A DNA stretch of 64,000 nucleotides, taken from Hyphochytrium catenoides. Lineage: Eukaryota; Protista; Hyphochytriomycota. The stretch is from assembly GCA_900088475.1 (NCBI GenBank), contig FLMG01000658.1, positions 1-64,000 of the forward strand, read 5' to 3'. The notes beneath the pieces are model-generated. The model searched no databases and was not told the DNA's origin. It saw only the letters and a list, made by a program, of their open reading frames with translations. Shown here piece by piece: positions 35,421 to 47,771 of this stretch (position 1 is its first letter; every line of letters starts with the position of its first letter). A program made the position numbers and the translations under genes.

Positions 35421-35984
35421 GCCGCGTCAGCAGGTGGACCGGCCCCTCCCTCGTGTGTGGGACGCTGCTGATGCCGCTATATATAACTAACTTGTACCAA
35501 TAATAACGAGTTGAAGAAAGATCTTATCCTCCTTCCCTTCTTCAACAACACGCCTGTCATGTAAAACTGTAGTCCTCGTGGTCGTTGTAAGATGGCTATT
35601 AGGGGGATTCTTCCTTCTAATAAAGAGGGCATTCTCTTCAGGCGTAATAGTAGTGTGACTCAGAGTGACGGAGATCATAGGCTTTATAGGCCGATGGAAT
35701 CGTAGTAAGGCGTGATAGGAGCTGGTCATTGCCCTACGAATCACCTCTTTCTCATATCGTCTAAATCTGTTTCTTGCTGGCATCTCTCTTTCTGCATTCC
35801 CTAAGGTGTTGCTGACTTGACTTGGCGCGCTGGCTCGTTGCTCGTTTATCTCTCGGTTGCTCTGTCTCGTTTTGGTACGAATCTATATGGGGTTTGGCTG
35901 TCTCTGTGCGGACCTCGTACTGATCAGACGAGCCACTTGACTTTCATCCCTTCTGCTGCAATCTATTTCTACTGGGTCGCTTCC

Positions 35985-36009
35985 TTTCCTCTGTCTCTCA
36001 CTCTCTCTG

Positions 36010-36042
<33 letters not shown>

Positions 36043-36119
36043 GTTTCTCTCTCTCCTCTGTCTGTCTGTCTCTCTCTCTGTCTCTCTCTGTCTCTCTCTC
36101 CCTCTGTCTCTCTCTCTTT

Positions 36120-36152
<33 letters not shown>

Positions 36153-36312
36153 TCACTCTCTCTCTCTCTCTGTGTCTCTCTGTCTCTTTCTTGTCATCCT
36201 CCATATCTCTCTCTCTGTACTTTTTGCCCTCTCTCTTGAATTTCTGGTCCCCAATCTCTTCCTTTATCGTAGCAATGCCGCAGGGCTAGAGAGAGAGAGA
36301 GAGAAAGAAAGA
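35985..36312. repeat. (CT)n microsatellite followed by a short (GA)n tract upstream of the TPR gene
   Basis: Direct inspection of the sequence. Confidence 0.95.
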
Positions 36313-36426
36313 GCCAGAAGCGAAGGTGCTAAGCTCGACGAAGCCCATATTCATAGCGTCAGAAGTAGTTTGAGGCTGCTTGTCCGGGGAAAAAGTGGCT
36401 CACCAAAGCTCTGCGCATTGTCCAGC

Positions 36427-39400
36427 ATGGCGCAGACTGATGCTCCAAGTGAGGCGGAGAATAGCGGTGCCCAGGGCCTCGGGCCAGAGCTAGGTGGCGT
36501 GATCCACCAGGCTGCGGCGCTGAAGGATGCCCAGCAGCAGCAGCTCCAGCGGCGGTTTGCTTCCTGGCCCCGGTACTTTCAGAGTACCATGTTCTTCCCT
36601 CAAGGTCAGCGTCTGGCCGGATACAAGTCCCGTCACGATCCTGCCTTTGCAAGAGCTTCCCTCGATTCCTTCCCTCTACCAGCTCGCTTGTCCTTTGCCA
36701 GAGTTGTCGCTGCATCTTGGTCCCTCTACCCTTGCTATTCCAGGTCTTCGCTCTCTTGCTTCTAGGCTGGAAAATCAACTCTAGGGGCGCTCGTGGCCGT
36801 CATTTGGTATCGTTTCCTTCCATTTCTATATCCTCATGCTTCCTGCCTCTCTCGTTGGCGCTCCTGCCTTCGGTAGCGCTGCTCGCTCCTGAGTCTTTGA
36901 TCCTGCTTTCTTAACCCAATCCTCCGGCCACCGTTCTGCACTTCCCAGAGTTCCTATCCATTCAAAATGCTCCTTATGAGGTCCGCATGAAGAACGCGAC
37001 TCTGATAAAGACAGACGGGAACGAACAGTTTAAGAAAGGCGACTATGCCCAGGCGTACTCTAAGTACGAGATGGCGCTAGGCATCTTCCGCTTCTGTGTG
37101 AACAGGAACCAAAACTGGCGGAATGAGGTGCGACAACAGTTAACACGCGTTGCGGCGGTGGCTTCGCACACTGCTCTACTTCCGTTCTCTCTCCTTATCT
37201 GTGACTTCTTGTTTATGTGGGGCTCTCGTTTCCTTCTCTCTTGATCGTTTGCGTGGCCTTCAGCCGGGATTTTTGTCGGCTTCTTATGCTTCGCTGGGAA
37301 CTTAGGGTATCAAGGATGACGACATCCAAGCGTTTGACATTCAAGGAGACACGGACAAGCAGAAAGAGGAAATCAAGTCTTTCAAACAGTCATGCTACCT
37401 TAACATTGCTGGTTCGTCTTCGTCTCTGTCCCTCTTCTTATGCTCACGCATCTCAAGCAGTCCTTCTTTATCTGACTTCTGCGCTACTTTGCATGTCCTA
37501 AGCACAACCAGCTGAGATCATCCTACCTTCGCTGATCCTGACTAACTTTCTCTTATCCTCCTCTTTCCCTTGCAGCTGCGGGTTTGAAGCTTGGGGACCA
37601 CATCACAGCTATTAGAGCGTGTTCGGAGGCGCTTATGTTCGACCCGGAGAATGTCAAAGCCTTATACCGGTTAGTCGCTCATCTTTCACTTATCCTTAGC
37701 TCTCCGTGCGATCTCTCTATCACTAAAGTCAACCCTTACACACTCAAGGGAAGCTTAGTTCTTGTCTTTAATCTTTAAGCTTTCTGTCCTCTCTCTTCTT
37801 GCTTGTCTCATTTGCTTCTTTGGCTCCGCTCTCACATTGATATGTGCTTGCCATTCAGACGAGCACAAGCATTGATGGCGGTTCCATCAGCTGGAGAGGA
37901 AGAAATAGTAAGCCTCAGTCTTCTCGTGGGTTCGATAGGCTTTATGCCCTCGCTCACTTGCTTTTCTTCCCCGCCTTCGTGGGCTCTTCTCTCACCTTCC
38001 ATAGCAAATGGCTCTTCAGGACCTCAAGAAAGCCCTAGAGATAAATCCAAACGAGGCTTCAGTTAGGTATGTGCCTTTGCTTGAAAGTCACTGCGGCTTC
38101 TCCCTTCACTCATTGATATTCTCCTGTTTCGCTTTCTTTTTCATACTTTCTCTGTTAGCTCTACTGCGTCTCTGCTATACTCTCTCCGCATTGCAAGTGC
38201 TAGCGCCTTATTGCATCTCAAAGAGGTTCTGTGCAGGAAGGAGCTAAATAGAGTTTTAGAAGAGCAAGCTAAGCAGAAAGAACAAGAAAAGAAAACCTTT
38301 TCTGGGATGTTTGAGCGCGGGCAGGTCGTGGATGACAAGTCTGAAGCTCAGACTGGGGAGAAGAAAAACAGTCAAGAGGTTGAACAGCAGGTATGTGGGG
38401 GAACGTCTTGGGTCGTTCTCTTTGCCTTTGACCACGGTGCCTCCACTCTGCTTATAAGTCATGGAGCTCTTTGTTGGGCTCATCCTTGCCATCTTGCAAT
38501 ATCTCTCCCGTCCGCACAAACGCTGAGTAGATTGCTTTAGGCTCTAGTGGGTCTCAGTAGGGACTTCTTATTTGGATCTAGTCGACGAGGATCTTTTCTC
38601 CTTAAGAACTCTGTCCTACCGTTCAAAAGTCTCATTCTCTTTTACCTCATTATTCCTCTTTCATCGAAGCTCAACGACGCCCAAGCTCTGGCTCGACAGC
38701 TGCAAGAACAGGGAAAGTCTGCAGATGCCGCTCACCTGCTGCGGTTGATAGCGCAATACAAGAAGGAGAGTGGAAGCAGTAAGGAGGGTCCTCGAAGGGA
38801 AGGTAGCGAGGATACTCTTTTGAAGCCTACTCCTGAAATGGTTGCAGACGCAGCGAAGAATGGGTAGGTACTGCGGCTATGAAGAGAAATTCTGCTCGTA
38901 ACAGTTCTTGACGAGGTTGCTTGGACCAAGTTTGCTCTGACCTTTGCTTGGTCTTGCTTCTTCCCCAGGGTGGACTTCAAGGATCCGCGTGTGCTAGCCT
39001 ACTGGATCCGCCTAAATAAAAGCAGAGGTGCAGTTGAAGGAAAAGAAGACCAGAAGGATAGCTCGCAATCTGAGAAGGAACAAGATGTAATAGAAAAGGA
39101 AGAAGAGGAGGCCGCAGGTACGAGACAGTGAGGACAAAGGAGCATACCGTCAAATGGCAAGAAAGATAGAGAGGGGCGCCGTGAGTGTCAATAACCGAGG
39201 GAAGCAAGGCGATGCAGGCCCAGCCGTAGATGCGCAAGATAATTGTTCTAATCTGCTATCTCGCATTCCTCTTCAGAGATGGAGTATGAAAAGGAAGACC
39301 TGGAGGATGCTCTGTCTCAGCTGTCAGATGCCGACGTAGCGCGTTTTTGTATGAAAGAATCGATTCCATTCGAAGACTGCGCAGACAGCCAGCAGCTCCG

Positions 39401-39736
39401 AGTAAGATACTTAGCTCCCAAAGTGCTTCTCTTTCTCCTCCCTTTGTTTCTTCTCATCTAGTTCGTGGGCCATACCTCTCCTGCCTCGCTGAACTAAGCT
39501 CTCCATACGCGTCTATCTACCTACAACTCTTCATCCATACTCTCGGCTTGGTTGATATTAACTATCTACCTCGTTACCTCTCCTGGATGTTTTAGGAGCG
39601 AGTACTCGTGGCGTGCGGTCCTCCAGACCTCTCGCTGCAGTCTTTGCCTTCGTCTCGGAGCTGGGCTGATCTCCTCCTGTTAGCGGTAGTGGCTCTCCTG
39701 GCTGCTATCATCGCAGGCATGATCCTCAAGAGCTGA
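36427..39736 (+). CDS. Tail-anchored TPR co-chaperone-like protein (FKBP/Cyp40-type three-TPR clamp, no PPIase domain); ~11 exons
   Basis: Spliced peptide includes KTDGNEQFKKGDYAQAYSKY, CYLNIA|AAGLKLGDHITAIRACSEALMFDPENVKALYR|RAQAL, ALQDLKKALEINPNE, EKKTFSGMF, PTPEMVADAAKNG|VDFKDPRV and a C-terminal TM LLLLAVVALLAAIIAGMILKS*. Confidence 0.85.
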
Positions 39737-40195
39737 GACGTGCCAAGAGGTTGCGGGAGGAAGCTGCGCTGTCTGCCCTTCTCAGTCCCTTCGCCTGCAC
39801 CATGCGCAGCCTTCTTCCTCTGACTCCCCCTATAGTTGATGGCTACCTCGTTGCCTTCTTTCCACCTTTCAAGTTCTCTAATATACCTTCACCCTTCGCC
39901 CGTGAAGGTCAATGCGGCCAAGACCAGGCACTAAGATTATAACTTGCTTAGAAGCATTTAAACAGTGACCATAAAGCCCTTTTATGTCTCGTGGTCTCCC
40001 ATCTTCCCAAGCTCAGTCTGACTTCTCATGCGCTTGCGCCCCAATACTTATCAAGAGGTTTCTGCTATACTGTCTGCTGTCCCTGCAGTCTCCATAGATC
40101 TTGTCACCGCTTGCTGTCGAATAAATAGGACCTCCCTGGCCTCAACAATAGGGTTGCCATGCACGCGCTAGAAAGCTCCCTAGCGCCGTTCAGAG

Positions 40196-43100
40196 TTAAC
40201 TTCCGTCATCTTCCATTTCTTCATCATCCCTCTCTTCCTCCACATATCTCTTCATCATCGTCAGATCTCTCTCCATGCGCTTTCTCTGCTGTTCAGAGAG
40301 AGTGATGGATATAGAAGACCTGCCTTTCCAGGCAGGAACCGAGAAATAGTTGTTCATGGTTTGTACTGGGTCTTCCTCCTCCAGAAAGATGAGCAATGGA
40401 CCTTCTGAAAGAGACACCAGGTTTTTCCCCACTTCTCCTTTGAGGCTCTTCAGCCAGAGCTCCTTTTTGCCAAGAAATAGGCAGAACTCCTTGAGAGGTA
40501 GCGCGAAGAGTCTCTGCGGAAAACGAGTCATTGAACAACGCTAAAGGAGAGATTAAAGAGTTCAGATGAGAGACAGATTTCCATAGGAGAGACAGAGTTT
40601 CGGAATTATCGCTCGCTCCAAACAAGACAAAGAACAACCGTATGTAGACGCGAGAACGTGGTGCTGCGACCTTCAGATGCTCACCTCCTTGCAGTGCGGC
40701 AACATGTAGTGTGCTCCTTCCAGGGTGGGGCCGAATTCGCAGGGCACCTGAACAATCTTCCCATGTGGCTTTAGCACAGGAACGCCGGAATGCAAAACCG
40801 CAACTCCCCTTCCAAGATGCTCCACTAGCTGTGGTCACCGCCGGAATAGACAGAGGAGGGTTAGAGCTCTACTATTGATGGGAGTGAAGCAAGAAGATGG
40901 ACTATTATCAAAACTCTAAAGGGAGTAAGAGACTGGAAAGAGGAGTCGACCCGCTCAAGATAAAGTCGTGACAGCCATCCAAGACCAACGTCGAAGCAAT
41001 CCGCTTCGCCTCTTGGAGACATACCGCTGCCACAGCCGGAGTGACAAGGCTGACAGTCTGGGATCCGGGAGACGCATCATGCTTCCAGAGCAACGTAAAA
41101 GGGAGACTCTTTCCATCTGCAGCCGGGCTGGACTTCGAAGCGAGTCCATAAAAGTCGGAAAGACTTCTCCATTTGTCGGACGGAAGAGTGACAAGAGCAT
41201 TTTGCTGCTCCTTGTCCTTCTTATTCCCTCTTTGTTCTTTGCCGTCGGGCCGCTTTGGTCCGATACTCTGCCGGGTAAAGGACGAGAGCTTGCGTATGAC
41301 GGCGATAAATAGGCCCGACGTATTCTTGAGGATAACGAGGTGATGCAAGTTGTACACGTTAAGGCTGTGGCGGACAATCTGCATGTTGCCGATCACTTAC
41401 CTCTTTGTGAGGATAGATCCTGACACAACGTTCCAACGGAAACTCTTCGCCGGTTTGGGGAGGCCACAAGGAAGCTGGGAGGTCATCAGTCACCGTGGGA
41501 AGCTCTTTCATCTCCTTGTTGAAAACCTGACAGCGGCAAGAGGAGCGTCATCGGTCCGTTGTGGAAACACATAGCATTGGCATCTAGCGTCATCGGTCCG
41601 TTGTGGAAACACATAGCATTGGCATTGCAATGGTCCTGTACCTTCCAAGTCTTTAGGCCTTGTGCACGCCCCACATTTGGATACCGTTGTGAGACATCTA
41701 GGAGCTGTTTATGTAGAACAGAAGTTAGCTATAAAAACGCCCAGCATAGGTATTGATCGCTTCCTTCTTAGTGTATGGAGGCCGTCGTGGGTCATTGTCC
41801 CCTTCACGGACCATCTACCGAGTTGTCTGCTTGGTCTATGGTCCTTACCTCCAACGACCGCCCTGTCCTCCTCAGCAGCTCTGCAACCACTGCCTCATTC
41901 TCCACAGGATTTAGCGAATGCGTGGCGTAGACCATCTGCCCGCCCTCGGAAAGCAGCTCTATGCCCCGTAATGCTGATTCAATTTGAGAGCTGTGAAGCG
42001 ATAGAGCCTAACGGTATGACGCCGTAGAAGCAAACAAGGAGATTAGAAAACTGAGGAAGTGCGCCTGATAACTGGCCCAATCGAGGAAAGCAAATAGCTA
42101 ACGAGAACAAGGAGCCAGAGAGACCAATGGCTTCACGACATAGGCCCCGGTGGAGATTATCAATTAATTGGGGAGATGTAAAGACTAAGGACAGGCACGG
42201 AATATAGAGCCGCATACTGGAAATAAAGAACCAGCACTCCTTTTAATGCAGGCACCTTCTGCGGGCTCCAAGTGCGTAAGATCTCTGGCCTGCTCCTCAC
42301 TGCACCATCCGCTGAGCATGGTACTTGGCAGAGAATACGGGGAAAGGAGACGCCGCGCTCCAGAAGGGCTAAATGACTGAGATGGTCATCGCTTCCCTAC
42401 GGAGAGGATTCTTAGCTATGGGATGTCCTACATTAGCACTTTCCGGCTTGCATTCTTCTGACGGCGCCTGCCAACGTCCTTCCCCTTCATTTGTCCCTTT
42501 CCATTTTCGCACCGGCGCCCTAGTCTGTCCACGCCTCTTTCTCGGCTCAATTCCCTATCTCTTGAGTTTCCGACTCCCGAATATGCGCTTCGATCTTTCC
42601 GAAGTGGGAACCACAACCTGTGGTGTGACCACTCTCCCCTTTTCTTTCTAGACCCTAAAGGCGTCCCCCAACCAGCTGTTTAAGGGTGGCAGCCCCAACC
42701 CTTCCCGCTATTCAGTTGTTCATGCGTACCGTCTGTGCCATGACCATGACGTTTGGTCGACTGTAAACTGAGCCATGCGCTTGAAGGACCTGATGACCCA
42801 GTTTTGAGCTGCCAAAGAACGCGGCAATTGCTGAGCCCTTCCCAGTGTCTGTTCCAGATCTCTGTCCGCGCTCTCCTCCTTCTGTGAGCTCAATCAAGAG
42901 CCGGGTGTTAGCCACCGTAGTTGCTCCTAGCTCCAGGATCTAGGAAAACAGAAGCAATAGCAGTTACGGTTCTCAGCCAAGCAAAGTATTCACGGAGGTA
43001 CTGGCTGCACGGGGAGAAGCCGCTGGGGGACAGGGGACAGAAGAAGAGGTACACAAGGATTGCCCACGGAATTGTTTCGGCTAACATTCGTATCCTCCTC

Positions 43101-43800
43101 ACCTCCTGTGCATCTTCTAGGTCTAGGAACAGCGCTGGAAGCATGGCCCCAAGATCCTGGCGTACAATGTCTCCTCGGTCGGTCCACTCAGAGAGAAACT
43201 CTCGCAGGGGTTGGAGGTCCTCACACTTTTTCAAGCCCATCCTATCCGTCCCCACCTGCCAAATGAGCGGTGACGAGTCCTTCTCTGGCTCCGTCATGAC
43301 GTTAAGCTCTCTAAGTGTGAAGTCAGCGTAGAGCTCCTCAAACTTGCTGAGCCGCAACTTCTGAGGCAACGTGCCCCGGAAGTCATAAAGACGCTCCAGC
43401 AGCACTTCCTTGAATTCTGAGGCACCTTCATGAACAAGGAAGAAATAGAAGACCATCATGAGACAACTTCACGCTTTACCAGGAAGATGGCAGTGCAACT
43501 ATAGATCAAGATCGACACGGAGTTCAGTACAAAGCGCAAGCGGCAGGCTGTGCGGCGCAGAATGTTAAGGGAGATAGCGAGGTTCCTAGCCGCCAGACCA
43601 TCCAAGTGGGTAAGAACTTAAAGCAAGGGAGATGTGACAAGAAGTCAAAGGAAGAAAGATGGGGAAGAAGGCACGAAAGAGCAAAAACGAAACGGTAAGA
43701 TGAAGAGTGAGAACGCGGAGAGTGTGATGGAGAACGAGAGGAAGCACTAGCAAAAGAGGGGAGATGGAGAAAAACTAGAGAACGTTAGAAAAACACGAGA

Positions 43801-43859
<59 letters not shown>

Positions 43860-44474
43860 TTGGGCACGTACGACTGACTCTAAAGGTCACGTTGAGAGGC
43901 TCGGTCAGCGAAGAGAAGAACGCCAGCAGTTCTTTCTCAGGCCAATCGTGGAGCTGGGCACTATAGAACTCTTTGAATGACTTGTTGACAAGGCCGTCAA
44001 ACTTCTTCCAGACTCTCATCTCAACCTTCCTGCTATCGTCCTCTCCTCCTTTCTTTCCCTTCTTCTTTAACCCTTCTTTCTCTCCTGCCGGGGGCGTAGC
44101 GTCAAGTCCGGAGCTCTTTCTCTTTCTGCTCTTCTTGGACGGCTGTTGACTCGCGCCGCCTGGAGAGTCTAGGAAGCTGGTGACGGTGGACTCCTCCAGA
44201 GAAGACACTGGAATCGGCGGCCCACCCACGAACTCATCCTCTTCCTCGTCAGCAAAAAGCTGCCCCACATGCCGAACCACAGACGCCGCCTGCAGATGGA
44301 AGAGATGCAATCCGATAAGCATGGCATACCTTTCAGTCATAATAAAGGCACAAGGAAAGAAGCTACAGGAGCTACAGGGGCACAGAAGGAGGAGAAAGGT
44401 GCACATACATGTTGGGCTTGGCCTCGCGCTTGCTGCTTTGGAGCTTTCCGCCGCTGACGTCTCTTCTGTGGCAT
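40196..44474 (-). CDS. NSUN2/Trm4-like (RsmB/NOP2) RNA m5C methyltransferase paralog, predicted catalytically inactive; multi-exon
   Basis: Family motifs FKEFYSAQ..PLNVTFRV, GDIVRQDLGAMLPALFLD, RILCQVPCSADG, GGQMVYATHSLNPVENEAVV, LERCVRIYPHKE|NTSGLFIAV. Start inferred at MPQKRRQRRK. Confidence 0.85.
41544..41625. repeat. 42-bp-period tandem duplication inside an intron of the NSUN2-like gene
   Basis: agcgtcatcggtccgttgtggaaacacatagcattggcat occurs identically at 41544 and 41586. Confidence 0.95.
43804..43857. repeat. Perfect (GA)n microsatellite in an intron
   Basis: Direct inspection of the sequence. Confidence 0.97.
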
Positions 44475-44955
44475 TCTGAAGGAAGAAGGAAATAGAACGG
44501 TCTGTACGCTATGCTATTGTCCCTTGGCAACAGCCCAGCGTCCTCTACTCTGAAGACAGACGAGACGGACGGGATCTGCAGCTCTTCGTCTCCTTCCCGC
44601 GGTGACATTCCCCTTGGCGCTGGGTCTGTGCATCAACTCTCCTTCCTTTCAGGTTCTTATCCGCCATTCCTCCCCGTTCTCCCCTTGGCCAGCCACCCCG
44701 TTAGCGGCTACTATTAGCTGGTTCTGATGGGTGTGAAAGGTCAGGAAGCTCAGATCCACGGCTCGTGATCCATCGCGGTCATTCGTCCGTCCTCTTGGGC
44801 AACAGCCGCAGCTTTATGGAAGAGAATGTCCTGGACCTCAAGAGGATGGACAGAGAAGACTCGGTCCAGTGAAGACATTGTTGAAGCACTAACACGGCAG
44901 AGGGTTCATTGGCACTTTATGCTGGCACAAGCTAAGTAACTAATCGGAATCTTTG

Positions 44956-47281
44956 TTAGAGGCGAGATTGACTCTGGTGTGAGGCTGTGGATGGCTGCGA
45001 AAGCAAGACTATCCCTTTATGGGAACCTAAAGATGCTCCGCGATGTATCGAGTGCTCTAAGAGTGTCTGTCCATCATGAGATGCCATCGATGTTATAACA
45101 AATGAAGCATCGGCTCCTGGTGCCAGGGCCAGTGGGTCGTGACCTAGCTGTCGATAAACGATCTTGGCACGCTGCAACTCCTTGTCCTTTGAGAGCTCTT
45201 GTGCCGGTAGAGGCACTGACTTTACTCCTACGATCCCCGCATCAGCGCAATGAGGTAAAGACACAGTGGACGGACAGAGAAGGTCAAAGTAAGTCAGTTA
45301 AGACCCGTGCAAAGGAACTTCCTTCGCGCCTTACCCTCCGATACTGCCAGTTCGCGAACGACATCGTCCTGAGAAGTGGTCGCAGAGCCAATAACTATCG
45401 AAGTTAGTCTGCCGGATTTTAGAGCTCGAATGGCCCGGCGAAGAGTCTCCGTCTCCTGCTGTCCAGCTGAAGAGATTTCAGCCATCGAGAGCTAACATGA
45501 AGTGATGAGCACAGCTAACCTGTCAAATTGTGAATGAACAGTGTTGAAGAAGGTGGCAGAAGAGGTTCAAAGGCCCATTTTGCGTTGGAGCAGGTTACAA
45601 AGCCTATCGTATGTCAAACAGTGGTCTATGTTAGTGAGAATGAGGGCATCACCCTTGAGGCAGGCCTACCGGCAACGCCAATGTCCAGAAGCCGATCTAC
45701 TTCAACCTGGGACAACGGAAGCGGAACGAGGATGGAGACGTCCGCTTTCAAATCTGCTCTCTTAAAAGAGTACGGCAGGTGCGGTGGGTCAATCGTCAAC
45801 TTCTAGAAACAATGTTTCAAAGAGAGTTTGAGGGTATGACTACCTCTGCCTCTCTAACGAAGCGCTTGACTTGATCTATGGTCCAGCCTTCTGTGTGACA
45901 TTCAATTATAAGATTAAGCTTGTTTACACCGAGCTCAAAGGTGGTCCTAGTCTCTTTCTCAAGCTGCGCGGCCTTGATGTCGAACCCTTCAATCGTTTTC
46001 CACATTGACCGAGCAGGTGTGACGCTAAGACCGTCCAGGTGCTGGACAGGCCTGCGGAATCATCAGCATTAGCATCAAAGCATGGGGGTTTGGCGTTCCT
46101 AAGCAAGCGCATGGTAAGAAATGATATGTAGGTGGCAAGAGTAAGATCGGGATGGTATGCATTGGGATTGGGAAGAATAAGTGAGTAATGTAGGTGGGCA
46201 TCTGACTACTTAGGAGCGAACAAGGAATACCAGGCAATGCCTTGAGCCTCGGGTAGGATATCCAAAACCTTGGATCCGCTTACTATCAGCGTCAGTTCCT
46301 CCGGAAGAGCTCCATGACAACGAACTACTGCCTTTGAGTGCAGCGCGTAAGTCAAGAGCTTCTGTAACCTGATGGAAGTGATCTTGGATTGCTCAGCCGC
46401 TGCTATCACTATCTGCAGACAGTGTGGAACTTGTTTAGTATGGGGAAGGGGATGCAGCGTTTGGCCATGCAATGTACCTCATCCGCGGGATGGTTTGGCA
46501 GACGACTCTTCAGCAGACTGAGCATTTCAGCCGCCGACTTGCCTGTGGCACACACCAGGAAGACATAGCCAAACTTCCTCATATATCTGGGAGATGAAAG
46601 GGTGACGCTAAACATGCGGCTACCTCTGAGGAACGTGTTTGACCTTTAGCTACCTGTCATTATAGATGGCAAGCTCCTTAAGTTCAACCTGACACGGGTT
46701 AAGAGTCAGTGGCGACACATTATGGTTCCATAGCACAAAGGCCATGCACCTCAGTCGCTGCTTGCGCTCCGGCTTGCTCCTGCGATGCCCATGCTTTCGT
46801 TGCGCCAAATTTCTGCACGTATACAAAGTCTATGCTATCAGTAGGTTTCTCTATCCAATTTATAAACCTTACCATCTCCTAGCTCACCTCGCGTATGGAC
46901 TTTTCTCCTATCATTGGATGACCAGCAAACGCCTCCAGCCAATCTGTTTAGGACAAGTAACAGCTTGAGCCCTTCTCACGGCGCAATATGACAGGCTTGA
47001 ATTACCTTCCCGTGAGAGGCTCCACCACACCTCTTTAGCGACCTCATCGATGGTACCGATACTAAATGGTCGACGGGCGGCTACCTGCTTCACCCACTGT
47101 TGACTGTGACAGCACCTGATCAAGGAGACAGTTTTTAGAGGAGGCAGGATGAGGGTCCTCTGCTATGATGGGAACCTCACATCAAAACCTACCTGTCAAG
47201 CTCCCGATAGAGCTCTTCTTCGCTTATACAGTTTAGGGCCTGTATAGAAGGTGGCTCCCAGTTCCACCCCCTTCTACTCAT
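44956..47281 (-). CDS. OHCU decarboxylase fused to a degenerate allantoinase-like amidohydrolase domain with a C-terminal PTS1 (SRL); ~12 exons
   Basis: UraD motifs LNCISEEEL..RCCHSQQWVKQVAARRPF, DWLEAFAGHPMIG, WASQEQAG, YMRKFGYVFLVCATGKSAAEML..RL, AAAEQSKITSIRLQKL. Then allantoinase-like segments LHSKAVV..LTLIVSGSKV, LLDIGVAG|FVT, ETETLRRAIRAL, LAPGADASFVI; ends QSRL*. Confidence 0.85.
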
Positions 47282-47771
47282 TATGCAGGGCTGCTGGCGG
47301 CTACTAATAGTTGGCGCTATGTAACCAACTTTCAGGACGAACAGGAAAACGCTGGCCTTACTCCGGTGAACCAGTGTTCAGGTGGTTAAAACTGTTGCTG
47401 TGCACCACTTCTCCTCTGCGTCCGCCTTGCTCTCCTTTGACCCCAGACGATCTGATGTTGACTTCTGACGGTCCCCTCACCTGAGACAGGCATCCTCGAG
47501 CCTCGAGCACCGCCTGCCTGACATCTGCACGCTTTATAGAGATTTAGAGGGAATGACGCTGCTTCCGATGCGCGGAGGACAGTGAGTTATGGAGATCTTC
47601 TCCTACTTGTACTGCTTCACGTGTGCGTTGTGCCTGTAACGGAGTGTGGGCGATGTACAACCCGGGAGTCGGGTTAGGCCCGGGTAGATGTGGATCTTAG
47701 ACCAGGAGCGTCCCCCAGTAGCTCCTTACAACTGACTCGAGCCTGATGGAAAGGTGTCCATACAGTATTTG

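Noticed and set aside
34846-35471. Poly-Ala/Gln/Ser ORFs in all frames
   Set aside because: Explained by (GCA)n composition.
41544-41625. Direct repeat as a CRISPR candidate
   Set aside because: Two adjacent copies with a 2-nt gap and no spacer, inside a eukaryotic intron, with no cas genes.
44956-46330. HIU hydrolase (transthyretin-like) as the UraD fusion partner
   Set aside because: No THVLD or YRGS signature; the motifs fit an allantoinase-like amidohydrolase instead.
7974-47281. A functional gene cluster linking the unusual fusion genes
   Set aside because: The genes have unrelated predicted functions and mixed orientation, with no evidence of co-regulation; co-location is probably incidental.
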